Shown here piece by piece: positions 30,730 to 40,223 of a DNA stretch of 64,000 nt. Source of the stretch: Nitrospirota bacterium (GTDB lineage Bacteria > Nitrospirota > UBA9217); NCBI GenBank assembly GCA_963818475.1, contig CAWFSF010000006.1, forward strand, positions 576,001 through 640,000, written 5' to 3'. Each line of letters starts with the position of its first letter. Position 1 is the stretch's first letter. The translations under genes were made by a program, and so were the position numbers. The notes under the pieces are model-generated. The model saw nothing but the letters and a program-made list of their open reading frames with translations, had not been told where the DNA came from and made no database searches.

Positions 30730-30866
30730 GGAATAAGAAAGCGGAAAGGGGTGAGATTCCCCTGCTGTCGCGCAACTGTGATGGAAACGAAAGCCGATTG
30801 TGCCACTGCCTACAGGGCGGGAAGGCCGGCGAGTAGGTTGTCCTAAGCCAGGAGACGTCTTATTCC
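30730..30866 (+). ncRNA. Cobalamin riboswitch 2 (tandem)
   Basis: GCGGAAAGGGGTGAGATTCCCC...CGCGCAACTGT...GCCACTG...GGGAAGGC...AGCCAGGAGAC, closed by GGAATAAGA/TCTTATTCC. Confidence 0.9.
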
Positions 30867-31003
30867 GATCCTCGCGTACAAGGAGAGATCATGACTATAC
30901 TATTTTCTCTGTTGTCATAGCTGCTGGGATGGTTCTGTTGGTCAGGAATCAACTGTGAGTACGGCAGGTGAAACCGTACCGAACAATCCCAGGGAGAAAA
31001 CCT

Positions 31004-32314
31004 ATGACAACCCAGATAGAGCTTGCCCGCAAAGGGCTTGTTACTCCGCAGATGGAGACAGTCGCTGCTGCGGAGGATGTTTCAACTGAGTATGTACGAA
31101 CCATGGTAGCAGAGGGAAAGATCGTCATTCCCGGAAACAGCATCAGACAGCCGAAAGTCGTCGGCATCGGCAAGGGGCTGCGCACCAAGGTGAATGCTTC
31201 GATCGGCACGTCGTCGGACATCGTCGATTATGCCGCGGAGGTACGGAAAGCGAAAATCGCCGAAGCCGCGGGCGCTGATACGCTCATGGAGCTCTCGGTG
31301 GGCGGCGACCTGGACCGCGTACGGCGCGAAGTGATCGCGGCGGTGGACCTGCCGGTCGGGAACGTCCCGCTGTACCAGGCCTTTTGCGAGGCAGGCAGGA
31401 AGTACGGCGATCCGAACAAGCTTGATGAGGAGATGCTGTTCGACCTGATCGAGCAGCAGTGCGCTGACGGCATCGCATTCATGGCGATCCACTGCGGCAT
31501 CAACCTCTACACCATCGAGCGGCTCAGAAAACAGGGATACCGCTACGGCGGACTGGTGAGCAAGGGCGGGGTCAGCATGGTCGCCTGGATGCTTGCCAAC
31601 AACCGGGAAAATCCGCTCTACGAGAAATTCGACCGCGTGGTCTCGATCCTGAAGAAATACGACGTGGTCCTCTCGCTCGGCAACGGCCTCCGGGCCGGGG
31701 CGATCCACGATTCTTCCGACCGGGCGCAGATACAGGAACTGCTCATCAACTGCGAACTGGCCGAGATCGGCCGGGACATGGGCTGCCAGATGCTGGTCGA
31801 AGGGCCGGGTCATGTGCCTCTGGACGAGATCGAGGGGAACATCCAGCTCCAGAAACGGATGAGCGGCGGCGCACCCTACTATATGCTCGGCCCCATATCC
31901 ACCGACGTGGCGCCGGGCTTCGACCATATCACTGCTGCCATCGGCGCTGCCCAGTCGAGCCGCTTCGGCGCGGACCTGATCTGCTATATCACGCCTGCCG
32001 AGCATCTGGCCCTTCCGAACGAGGACGATGTCCGCCAGGGGGTGCAGGCGGCAAAGATCGCCGCCTATATCGGCGATATGAACAAGTACCCTGAGAAGGG
32101 AAGGATGCGCGATAAGGAAATGAGCAAGGCGCGCCGCGATCTCGACTGGGAAAAGCAGTTCAAGCTCGCGCTCTATCCCGAGGAAGCACGGGCGATCCGC
32201 AAAAGCCGCATGCCGGAGCATGAGGATACCTGCACCATGTGCGGAAGCTTCTGCGCGGCAAAGGGTGCGGCAAAGCTGTTTTCCGAGGATCTGCAGTTGA
32301 GCGGAAAGCTGTAA
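31004..32314 (+). CDS. bzaF: 5-hydroxybenzimidazole synthase BzaF (ThiC-family radical SAM enzyme)
   Basis: ThiC fold (TKVNASIGTS, EGPGH, TPAEHL, C-terminal CTMCGSFC), with variant motifs MELSVGG, SKGG and SLGNGLRAG. It is under B12 riboswitches rather than TPP and sits next to btu/cob genes. Start ATG 31004 follows GGGAGA. Confidence 0.85.
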   Translation: MTTQIELARKGLVTPQMETVAAAEDVSTEYVRTMVAEGKIVIPGNSIRQPKVVGIGKGLRTKVNASIGTSSDIVDYAAEVRKAKIAEAAGADTLMELSVGGDLDRVRREVIAAVDLPVGNVPLYQAFCEAGRKYGDPNKLDEEMLFDLIEQQCADGIAFMAIHCGINLYTIERLRKQGYRYGGLVSKGGVSMVAWMLANNRENPLYEKFDRVVSILKKYDVVLSLGNGLRAGAIHDSSDRAQIQELLINCELAEIGRDMGCQMLVEGPGHVPLDEIEGNIQLQKRMSGGAPYYMLGPISTDVAPGFDHITAAIGAAQSSRFGADLICYITPAEHLALPNEDDVRQGVQAAKIAAYIGDMNKYPEKGRMRDKEMSKARRDLDWEKQFKLALYPEEARAIRKSRMPEHEDTCTMCGSFCAAKGAAKLFSEDLQLSGKL

Positions 32315-32325
32315 GGCGACGGTTC

Positions 32326-32463
32326 AGCTTGTTGAAAAAGTACTCAGTTGCAACCTAATTCGTCATCCCCGTGAAAACGGGGATCCTGTAAGCCTGATAA
32401 GCCTGGATTCCCGCCTGCGAGGGAATGACGGAAAGGGGAGCGAAAACCATTTTCCAACAGTTT
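32326..32463. repeat. MITE/REP-like nested palindromic element
   Basis: Core CGTCATCCCCGTGAAAACGGGGATCC...GGATTCCCGCCTGCGAGGGAATGACG (32361-32430) within imperfect inverted ends TGTTGAAAAA/TTTTCCAACA. Confidence 0.7.
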
Positions 32464-32534
32464 GTTAAACTTCTCCATCCGTCGCGGATGGGGAAGTCTT
32501 TATAGTGCATTACTGGTCAGAAAGAGGAACAATC

Positions 32535-33452
32535 GTGGCTGGGATAAGATCGTTGTTGAAAGTAGAATTTTTTGTGGTTGTGCTTTTGGTCGGCGTTTGC
32601 AGCCAGGGTATCTGTTTTCCCTTAACAGCAAAAGATGACAGGGGAAAGAAAATCGAGTTCAAGGAACGGCCGCGCAGGATCGTATCTTTGGTTCCCACCC
32701 AGACGGAGTTGCTCTTTTCTCTGGGGCTTGGAAAGGAAGTTGTCGGTGTCACGAATTACTGCAATTATCCTGAAGCTGCCAGGCAGAAGGAAAAGATCGG
32801 GGGGTTCGCCGAAATTGATGTAGAAAAGATACTCGCCTTGAAGCCTGACCTTGTACTGTCGTTCGGTACTATCCAGATCCCAGCAACGGAAAAGCTTGAG
32901 AAGAGCGGTATGAAGGTATTCTGGATGTATCCTCACACCGTGAACGAAATACTGGATTCAATCGTACGGGTGGGGGAAATAACCGGGACCACGCGGGAAG
33001 CGACGCAGATGCGCGAGTCTATGGAGAAGGAGATACAAGCTCTTCGTGATGCGCTGGGCACGATCCCTGATGATAAACGCCCGACAGTCTTCAGAGTGAT
33101 GGGGATCGACCCTCCTGCGACCATCGGAGCAGAATCTTTTCAGTCCGATGTCTTTTACCTGGCAGGTGGGAAGAATGCGTTTGCCGATGTGAAGAAGGAT
33201 TATTTTCAAGTGGATGCCCGGGAGCTTGTCAAACGCAACCCGGATCTTATTGTTATGTGCGGCGCTGACGAAGCCGGATCAAAGCAAAGACTGAAAGACA
33301 GTCCTGATTTCAAGGATCTGCCTGCAGTGAAAAACGATGCTGTCTTGATCATCCCCTGCGACCTTACCTGCAGGCCGGGACCGCGCGTTGCGGAAACAGC
33401 CGCGAGGATAGCGCGGACCCTGCATCGTGAGAAGTTCTCTGGTAAGCAGTAG
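32535..33452 (+). CDS. btuF: Cobalamin/corrinoid ABC transporter substrate-binding protein (copy 1)
   Basis: RRIVSLVPTQTELLFSLG, GVTNYCNYP, RPGPRV. GTG 32535 follows AGAGGA. Confidence 0.85.
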   Translation: MAGIRSLLKVEFFVVVLLVGVCSQGICFPLTAKDDRGKKIEFKERPRRIVSLVPTQTELLFSLGLGKEVVGVTNYCNYPEAARQKEKIGGFAEIDVEKILALKPDLVLSFGTIQIPATEKLEKSGMKVFWMYPHTVNEILDSIVRVGEITGTTREATQMRESMEKEIQALRDALGTIPDDKRPTVFRVMGIDPPATIGAESFQSDVFYLAGGKNAFADVKKDYFQVDARELVKRNPDLIVMCGADEAGSKQRLKDSPDFKDLPAVKNDAVLIIPCDLTCRPGPRVAETAARIARTLHREKFSGKQ

Positions 33453-33492
33453 GATAATTCTGCTTAGGTCGTTTATCTTATCAACGGCAGTT

Positions 33493-33624
33493 AGCCACAA
33501 AACGCACATAAGGCACATAGATTGAACAGGAATTTGAAACAGAATTGAGTTGTCATAAAATTAGTGATGTATTCCCCAATCACGTGTACTTGATTTTTAT
33601 GTGATTTCTGTGCATTTTGTGGCT
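33493..33624. repeat. Inverted-repeat intergenic element (GCCACA...TGTGGC family), copy 1
   Basis: AGCCACAAAACGCACATAAGGCACATA ... TATGTGATTTCTGTGCATTTTGTGGCT. Confidence 0.7.
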
Positions 33625-33701
33625 CAACTTTTTAGGTTTATCCGGTTGTCCGTACCAATTTTCCGATATCGTCTCGGAGATGACACAAGAGAAGGTAATG
33701 C

Positions 33702-34550
33702 ATGAAAAGAAATCTTATTGTTGTATTTCTTATCCTCGGTTGTTACAGCGCTGCCCTTGCTGCCGAACCGGCAGTTTCTCCCAAGCGGATCGTGTCGCTG
33801 GCGCCGAGCACGACCGAGATCCTGTTCGCGCTGGGGCTGGGCGATAATATCGTCGGCGTCACGAGCTTCTGCGACTATCCGGAGGAAGCGAAGAAAAAGC
33901 CGAAGATCGGCGGCATGTCCAATCCTTCGCTTGAGGCGGTCGTTATGATGAAACCTGACCTGGTCGTCATGACCACGGACGGCAACCCGAAAGAGTTCGA
34001 GGCCCGGCTTCGTTCCCTCAAGATCCGGACGTACGTTTTTACGGCACGAAGGCTTGCCGAGCTTCCCCAGGGGATCCGCGATATGGGCGCTTTTGTAGGA
34101 GCGCAGGAAAGATCAGACAGACTTGCCCAGGAGATACAGGACGGCATTGATCGCTTTAAAAAAAGAAAATCCGAAATCCGAAATCCGAAATCCGCAATGC
34201 CTCTGAAGGTCCTGTTCATTGTCTGGCCCGAACCGCTCATTGTCGCAGGCCCCGGCACGGTCATGGATGACGCCATCGGATTGCTTGGATACGAGAACAT
34301 CGCCGCAGCAGCGAAGACCTCTTATCCAAAATACTCCATTGAAGAGGTCATTCGCCAGTCTCCTGACGTGATCTTTATCGGCAAAGCATCGGGCATGGAC
34401 ATACGGGATGTTTCCCAGAAGATCCTGAACAGGCTGGGTTCAGTCACGGCTGTCAGAAACGGCTCGATCTATTACATAAGCGACAACCTGTACCGGCTCG
34501 GACCGCGGGTCATCAAGGGCATCGAGGAGCTTACCGCATGCGAACAGTGA
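33702..34550 (+). CDS. btuF: Cobalamin ABC transporter substrate-binding protein (copy 2)
   Basis: KRIVSLAPSTTEILFALG, GVTSFCDYP, RLGPRV, signal peptide. It carries an in-frame heptamer insert (KSEIRNPKSA). Confidence 0.88.
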   Translation: MKRNLIVVFLILGCYSAALAAEPAVSPKRIVSLAPSTTEILFALGLGDNIVGVTSFCDYPEEAKKKPKIGGMSNPSLEAVVMMKPDLVVMTTDGNPKEFEARLRSLKIRTYVFTARRLAELPQGIRDMGAFVGAQERSDRLAQEIQDGIDRFKKRKSEIRNPKSAMPLKVLFIVWPEPLIVAGPGTVMDDAIGLLGYENIAAAAKTSYPKYSIEEVIRQSPDVIFIGKASGMDIRDVSQKILNRLGSVTAVRNGSIYYISDNLYRLGPRVIKGIEELTACEQ

Positions 34551-35503
34551 GGTTCGGGATATTTATCGTTGTTGCGGCCCTGATCCTGCTGCTGGCTCTT
34601 TTTGCTGGACCGCGGATGATCAATCCCTTCAGCATGAGCAACACTGAACGCGAGATCCTTTTCTCCATACGTCTGCCCCGGGTGGTCGTTGCCATGCTCA
34701 TGGGCATGGCTCTGGGCGCTTCCGGCGCGATTCTGCAAGGCGTGCTCAGGAACCCCCTTGCCGACCCCTATATTCTCGGGATATCGAGCGGAGCCTCCCT
34801 GGCAGCCGCCCTGGGCCTGATGTCCGGTTTCTATTTTTTCGGCAGCTTGAGCGTTCCCCTGACCGCATTCATCGGCGCAGTGCTCGTCAGTCTTCTCGTC
34901 GGTGCTTTCGGCTGGAAGCGGGGAGGTCTATGGCCGGAGCGGCTTCTCCTTGCCGGGATCGGCCTGAATTTTCTTTTCAGTGCGGTGCTGATGCTGCTTA
35001 TGAGCGTATCGAGCGATGATGGTCTCCGGCGGGTCGTGCTCTGGATGTTCGGCGATCTTTCCATGGCGGACTGGACACTTATTCCTTCGGCATCAATTTT
35101 TGTCATTGCCGGACTGGCCATTGCGCTCTGGCGGTCAAAAGCGCTGAACGCGCTGATCCTCGGCGACGAATTCGCCCACAGCCTCGGGTTCGCGGTCCAG
35201 CGGGAAAGGCTTATCATGTTCGCGGCAATGGCGCTCATGACCTCGGCCTCGGTCTCGCTGGGCGGGACCATCGGGTTCATCGGGCTGTTGATGCCTCATA
35301 TCGCGCGGTTCCTGCTCGGCGCGGACAGCCGCGTGCTGATTCCCGCATCGGTAGTCGCGGGCGGGGCATTCTTATGCCTGGCCGATCTGATCGGGAGGTC
35401 CATTATGCCTCCCCTGGAGCTCCCGTCAGGCACCGTGACCGCAATTATTGGCGCGCCCTATTTTCTCTATCTCCTCCGGAGGAAAGATGTCCTCAGCATA
35501 TAA
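34538..35503 (+). CDS. btuC: Cobalamin ABC transporter permease (FecCD family)
   Basis: IRLPR, RNPLADPYILGISSGA, GTIGFIGLLMPH, GAPYFLYLL. Confidence 0.9.
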   Translation: MRTVRFGIFIVVAALILLLALFAGPRMINPFSMSNTEREILFSIRLPRVVVAMLMGMALGASGAILQGVLRNPLADPYILGISSGASLAAALGLMSGFYFFGSLSVPLTAFIGAVLVSLLVGAFGWKRGGLWPERLLLAGIGLNFLFSAVLMLLMSVSSDDGLRRVVLWMFGDLSMADWTLIPSASIFVIAGLAIALWRSKALNALILGDEFAHSLGFAVQRERLIMFAAMALMTSASVSLGGTIGFIGLLMPHIARFLLGADSRVLIPASVVAGGAFLCLADLIGRSIMPPLELPSGTVTAIIGAPYFLYLLRRKDVLSI

Positions 35504-36263
35504 GGGCCCGATCATCGAACTCAGGGACGTGTCGTTCAGGTATCCCGGCAATACACTGATCGTCAATGACCTTTCCTTTTCCGTCGGGAATGGCGAGTTC
35601 ATCGGCCTGCTGGGAGCCAATGGTTCGGGCAAATCCACGATCCTGAAGCTGGCTGCGGGCATGCTGCAGCCTGCAGCGGGAACCATCAGACTCTGGGACA
35701 AACCGCTCAGCACCTACCGGAACAAGGACCGGGCGAAACTGCTTTGCTATTTTCCGCAGCAGCTGGACGTGAACGTGCCGTTCACGGTACGGGAGATCGT
35801 TGGCATGGGGCTCTATCCCTACGATATCCCGCCGCAGATGACCGTTGATGAAGCCCTGGCAATGGTGGGACTGACGGCGAAAGCATCCGCTTTCGTAACG
35901 AATCTGAGCGGCGGCGAACGACGACGGGTCTTTATCGCCATGACGCTGATCCAGGGAGCGGGGGTCCTGCTCCTGGATGAACCCCTGGCGAACCTCGATA
36001 TCAGGTACCAGATCGAGTTCCTGCGGCTGCTCCGGGGACTGCAGGAGCAGAAGGGCATCTCCGTGATCATGGCGCTCCACGATATCAACATCGCACTCCA
36101 GTTCGAAAAGGTGATGGTGATCAAAGAAGGGTCGATCCTCGGCAGCGGAAGCCCCGAAACAGTGTTGACCAAGGAAATGATCAGGCAGGCCTTTGATGTT
36201 GATATCGAGGTTAGAAGAACCGATCGCGGTGAAGCCTATATTACGCATGAGAAATGGTTTTAG
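35487..36263 (+). CDS. btuD: Cobalamin ABC transporter ATPase
   Basis: Walker A GANGSGKST, signature LSGGE, Walker B LLLDEP, H-loop LHD. Confidence 0.9.
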   Translation: MSSAYKGPIIELRDVSFRYPGNTLIVNDLSFSVGNGEFIGLLGANGSGKSTILKLAAGMLQPAAGTIRLWDKPLSTYRNKDRAKLLCYFPQQLDVNVPFTVREIVGMGLYPYDIPPQMTVDEALAMVGLTAKASAFVTNLSGGERRRVFIAMTLIQGAGVLLLDEPLANLDIRYQIEFLRLLRGLQEQKGISVIMALHDINIALQFEKVMVIKEGSILGSGSPETVLTKEMIRQAFDVDIEVRRTDRGEAYITHEKWF

Positions 36264-36306
36264 TTACTAAGGAATAAGATTTTGCTCAAAAACGGCAAAT
36301 ATATTT

Positions 36307-36404
36307 GGCCACATAAAGCACAGAAGGCGCAGAGAAAAGCTGGAATACGTAAAAAACTGTTCTGATTTCCGCTTTCTTTTGTGTTCTTTGTGACTTTTGT
36401 GGCT
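36307..36404. repeat. Inverted-repeat intergenic element (GCCACA...TGTGGC family), copy 2
   Basis: GGCCACATAAAGCACAGAAGGCGCAGA ... TTTGTGTTCTTTGTGACTTTTGTGGCT. Confidence 0.7.
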
Positions 36405-36441
36405 AAACAGTTTTCCGGCTCGTCCGGGTTAGGGAGCTTGC

Positions 36442-37083
36442 ATGTACCTCGTTTCATGGAGCGGAGGAAAAGACAGTTGCTTAGCCTGTTATCTGGCGAT
36501 CAGGAAGGGGCTTTCGATATCCAGCCTGGTGCATTTTGATCGGCCGAACAATCTCCACGGTGTTGATCCGTCCATGATACGGCTGCAGGCGGAACTCGCG
36601 GGAATACCGATCGTTCAGCAACGCATCATGTCTGACGATTTTGAACAGGAGTTCAAAAAGACCGTTGGCGAACATGCAAAGAACGGCACAAAGGGCATGG
36701 TCTTCGGCGATATTTATCTCGAACCGCACAAAGAGTGGGTTGACCGGGTATGTGGCGAACTCGGCATTGAGCCGATCGAGCCGCTTTGGGGGATGAAGAC
36801 CGAGAATATCATGCAGGATTTTCTTGATCTCGGCTTCGAGACAATTATCGCGAGCGGCGACCAAAAACTGATCGACAAAAAATACATCGGCCGGAAGATG
36901 GACCACGAATTTATCGAATATCTACGTTCGAGAAACCTGGATGTATGCGGCGAGAGCGGAGAGTTTCATACGTTTGTTACCAGCGGTCCGCTTTTTCAAG
37001 GAAAAATAAATATCACCGACGCAAACGTCACTAGCAGGGATGGGTTCTGGTTCCTGAATGTCGGGAACTATGAGGTCATCTGA
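36442..37083 (+). CDS. DUF71/Dph6-family PP-loop ATP pyrophosphatase
   Basis: SWSGGKDS PP-loop, FGDI, EPLWG, CGESGEFHTFV. Confidence 0.9.
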   Translation: MYLVSWSGGKDSCLACYLAIRKGLSISSLVHFDRPNNLHGVDPSMIRLQAELAGIPIVQQRIMSDDFEQEFKKTVGEHAKNGTKGMVFGDIYLEPHKEWVDRVCGELGIEPIEPLWGMKTENIMQDFLDLGFETIIASGDQKLIDKKYIGRKMDHEFIEYLRSRNLDVCGESGEFHTFVTSGPLFQGKINITDANVTSRDGFWFLNVGNYEVI

Positions 37084-37186
37084 CGCGCTGCACGATGTCG
37101 TACGTCGCTAGAAGAGGGAGGTGGTCATCAAGAAAACAGGAACGTAAGTAATGATAGTACGATAGGGTAATACATACGCTCAAACC

Positions 37187-37330
37187 GGGAGCAGAGAAGC
37201 GGAAGGGGGTGCGAATCCCCAGCTGTCGCGCAACTGTGATGGAAACGAAAGCCGAGCACGCCACTGTCTTTTGTCTCAGATGGGAAGGCCGGTGAGTAGG
37301 ATGTCCTAAGCCAGGAGACCTCTCGTTCCC
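37187..37330 (+). ncRNA. Cobalamin riboswitch 3
   Basis: GCGGAAGGGGGTGCGAATCCCC...CGCGCAACTGT...GCCACTG...GGGAAGGC...AGCCAGGAGACC, directly upstream of the btuB RBS. Confidence 0.92.
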
Positions 37331-37358
37331 ACAACCTCGAATGAAGGAGAAAGACCAA

Positions 37359-39194
37359 ATGAAGAAGATGTCGGTGGGAGTGTTGTTGGTGGTGTTGCTT
37401 TTGCAAAATTTGGCAATTGCCCAAGAGACACAGGTTCAGTTAAAGGAAATGGTGGTAACCGCTGATAGGATAGAAGGATCAACTGGCGAGACTACGAGCG
37501 ATGTTGTTGTGATAAAAGGTGAAGATGTGCGCAAGATGAATGTGCCGTTCGTGGCCGATGTCCTCCGGCAGGTCCCGGACATCAATATTGTCCAGAACGG
37601 AGGACCGGGACAGCTCGCAACAGTGTTCCTTCGCGGCGGCGATTCATCGCAGACCCTGGTGATGATCGATGGGGTAAAGGTCAAGAGCACGACCATGGGA
37701 TCATTCGATTTCTCGGGTCTCAGGGTCGAGGATGTCGAGCGGATCGAGATCGTGAAAGGTCCGCAGAGCACGCTTTACGGGTCGGAGGCCATGGCAGGCG
37801 TCATCAATATCATTACAAAAAAGGGAAAAGGCAGTGCATCGGTGGATGTTTCAATCGAGGCAGGTTCCTTTGAAACGATTAAGTCGTCCATCGCCCTTTC
37901 CGGCGGGGGCGAGAAGATCGATTACCGTTTGGCTGCCAGCACTCTTGAAACGGCCGGCTTTTCCGCGGCATCCGCTGGCACAGAGCGGGACGGGTACCGC
38001 GATGGTTCTCTTTCGGGCAAGCTTGGGTTCAAACCCGCGGATAAGTTCGAGTTTGACCTTTCGGGGAACTACCATCATGACCGGGCCGAGCTTGACGGCT
38101 TCGATTTTCTGGGAAAAGCAGCCGATGATCCGAATTTTGTCCAGTTCGGCGATCACACGCTTCTTTCAGCGCGGGGTAAAGCATATCTGTTCTCTGCCTG
38201 GGAGCAGATTCTAACCCTCTCCACGGTCAAGGATGCCTTGCGGTCCCGTGACCCTGATACGGTCAGCAATAACTACGATATCAAGACAGAAATGGATACG
38301 GTTGACTGGCAGCACAATCTGTTCCTGAACGAACAATATACCATGACCGCTGGCGTGGAGTACCGCGAGGAAAAAGGGGAGAATGCCGGAACGTTCGCCC
38401 GGTCGATCGACAATAAGGCGTGGTATCTCAATAACCGGTTGAAACTTGTCCAGGACAGACTTGTCTTGAATGCAGGGCTGCGGTATGATGACCATGAGAT
38501 CGCGGACGCCAAGACCACCTATCGCCTGGGCGCACTCTACGATATCAAGGCTGCGGCAATAAAGATCAAAGCTAATTACGGAACGGGGTTCAGGTCGCCG
38601 ACGTTCAACGACCTTTTCTACCCGGTCTACGGAAATGTGAACCTGAAGCCGGAGGAGAGCACTGCCTGGGATGTTGGTCTGGAAAAAGCAATTCTTCGGG
38701 ACAGCGGCACGATCTCAATAACCTATTTTGACCAGAACTACCAGAACCTCATCGATTACGATCCCCTTACCTGGAAAGCCGTGAACATTGCACGGGCAGA
38801 GATAAAAGGTATTGAAACGGGCATCACCATAAAGGCAGCTGACGACCTGACGATCAGGGCCGGCCATACGTATCTTGATACGAGGGATAAGGATACGGGC
38901 AGCCGTTTGACCAGACGGCCGATGGAGAAGTTCACGCTGGCGACGATCTATGCTGTGGAACGCCTGTCCGTCACAGTCAATTATGCTTTCGTCGGTCAGC
39001 GGTATGACTCCGCAGTCCAGAGAAGCCTTGCGTCGTATAACCTGGTGAACGTAAGCAGCACGTACGCGCTTTCCAAGAGACTGTCGCTGTTCGCGCGGAT
39101 CGATAACCTGTTCAATACAAAGTACGAAGAGGCCGGAGGCTACGGCACTGCAGGCCTCTCCGCCTACGGCGGCATCAAGGTGATACTGCTGTAG
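37359..39194 (+). CDS. btuB: TonB-dependent cobalamin receptor
   Basis: TonB box EMVVTA, plug motifs (FLRGG, LVMIDGV, ERIEIVKGPQSTLYGSEAMAGVINIIT), C-terminal DNLFN..YE and B12 riboswitch control. ATG 37359 follows AAGGAG. Confidence 0.9.
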   Translation: MKKMSVGVLLVVLLLQNLAIAQETQVQLKEMVVTADRIEGSTGETTSDVVVIKGEDVRKMNVPFVADVLRQVPDINIVQNGGPGQLATVFLRGGDSSQTLVMIDGVKVKSTTMGSFDFSGLRVEDVERIEIVKGPQSTLYGSEAMAGVINIITKKGKGSASVDVSIEAGSFETIKSSIALSGGGEKIDYRLAASTLETAGFSAASAGTERDGYRDGSLSGKLGFKPADKFEFDLSGNYHHDRAELDGFDFLGKAADDPNFVQFGDHTLLSARGKAYLFSAWEQILTLSTVKDALRSRDPDTVSNNYDIKTEMDTVDWQHNLFLNEQYTMTAGVEYREEKGENAGTFARSIDNKAWYLNNRLKLVQDRLVLNAGLRYDDHEIADAKTTYRLGALYDIKAAAIKIKANYGTGFRSPTFNDLFYPVYGNVNLKPEESTAWDVGLEKAILRDSGTISITYFDQNYQNLIDYDPLTWKAVNIARAEIKGIETGITIKAADDLTIRAGHTYLDTRDKDTGSRLTRRPMEKFTLATIYAVERLSVTVNYAFVGQRYDSAVQRSLASYNLVNVSSTYALSKRLSLFARIDNLFNTKYEEAGGYGTAGLSAYGGIKVILL

Positions 39195-39250
39195 TCCCGC
39201 CCATCCGTGGGCGAAAGTTTCAAGAATGAGCAGCTAGTGAAGTGCATACC

Positions 39251-39910
39251 ATGAAGCAGATGACACTACAGAGATCATTGTTTGTCTCGATCAGCATTCA
39301 CGTGCTCCTCTTCGGCACTGCCATCGCTTTTGCCGGGTACACGGGAGGTGTGCTCTGGGGAAGGCACGACACAACGATATCGGTAGCTCTGGTCGGGTCC
39401 GATTCTTTGCCAGGCTCGACCAGGGCCGCCAACCATGTGGTTCAGCAACAAAAACGTCTTCAACCGTTATCCCCGCGCGAAACGAGCATGCCTCCGCTTG
39501 AATCTTCCCGTTCAGAGGCTGCCGGCACCAGTGCCGAACAGGCGCTCATGCAAATTGATGAAGGACGCGCTATCATCCAGCAGGCAGATACAGCCGGGAA
39601 CGCGGAAAGCACGGGGCAGAGTTCGGGAGCACAATTCGGAATGATCCCGCCGGGACCACTGGCGGCGATCGAGGCAGCGCTCGATCGGGCAAAGGTCTAT
39701 CCTCGCCTGGCAAGGGAGCGGGGCATTCAAGGCGTTGTACATGTGCGATTCAAACTCAGACCGTCGGGCGAAGTGGAGCGCATAGAGATCGCCAAAAGCT
39801 CTGGATATGATATTCTTGATAATGCTTCCATCAAGGCCGTGTATCGGGCATGTCCCATGCCGTACCTGGAAGGCTGGCTGAACAAGCCTATGACATATAT
39901 GCTGAAGTGA
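39251..39910 (+). CDS. tonB: TonB energy transducer
   Basis: N-terminal TM with SxxxH (SISIH); C-terminal YPRLARERGIQGVV...SSGYDILD. Confidence 0.88.
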   Translation: MKQMTLQRSLFVSISIHVLLFGTAIAFAGYTGGVLWGRHDTTISVALVGSDSLPGSTRAANHVVQQQKRLQPLSPRETSMPPLESSRSEAAGTSAEQALMQIDEGRAIIQQADTAGNAESTGQSSGAQFGMIPPGPLAAIEAALDRAKVYPRLARERGIQGVVHVRFKLRPSGEVERIEIAKSSGYDILDNASIKAVYRACPMPYLEGWLNKPMTYMLK

Positions 39911-39937
39911 AACAATAGTCAGGATGAGGGCCTCGGA

Positions 39938-40135
39938 ATGGAAGACCTTAAAGTAACATGCCCGGTATGCAAAAAGAAGACGCCCTGGAAGAATAATTCC
40001 TTCAGGCCGTTCTGCTCCGACCGGTGCCGTTTGATCGATCTGGGGAAATGGGCATCGGATGAGTACCGTATCCCAGGCGAGAAGATAGACACTTCAGACG
40101 AGAACGCTGAAGGAAAAAATTCTGATGAGCTGTAG
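39938..40135 (+). CDS. yacG: DNA gyrase inhibitor YacG
   Basis: CPVC...[21 protein letters not shown]. Confidence 0.93.
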   Translation: MEDLKVTCPVCKKKTPWKNNSFRPFCSDRCRLIDLGKWASDEYRIPGEKIDTSDENAEGKNSDEL

Positions 40136-40223
40136 CTTATTTTGCTGAATTATATTACAATGTGCCCCAGAACGTTTGATGGATACCACGTCGTCTGTGT
40201 CCGTTTTTCAGGAGGGCCGCTGC

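Noticed and set aside
31004-32314. thiC (thiamine synthesis)
   Set aside because: B12 riboswitches, cobamide neighbours and BzaF-type motif variants argue against it; no TPP riboswitch is present.
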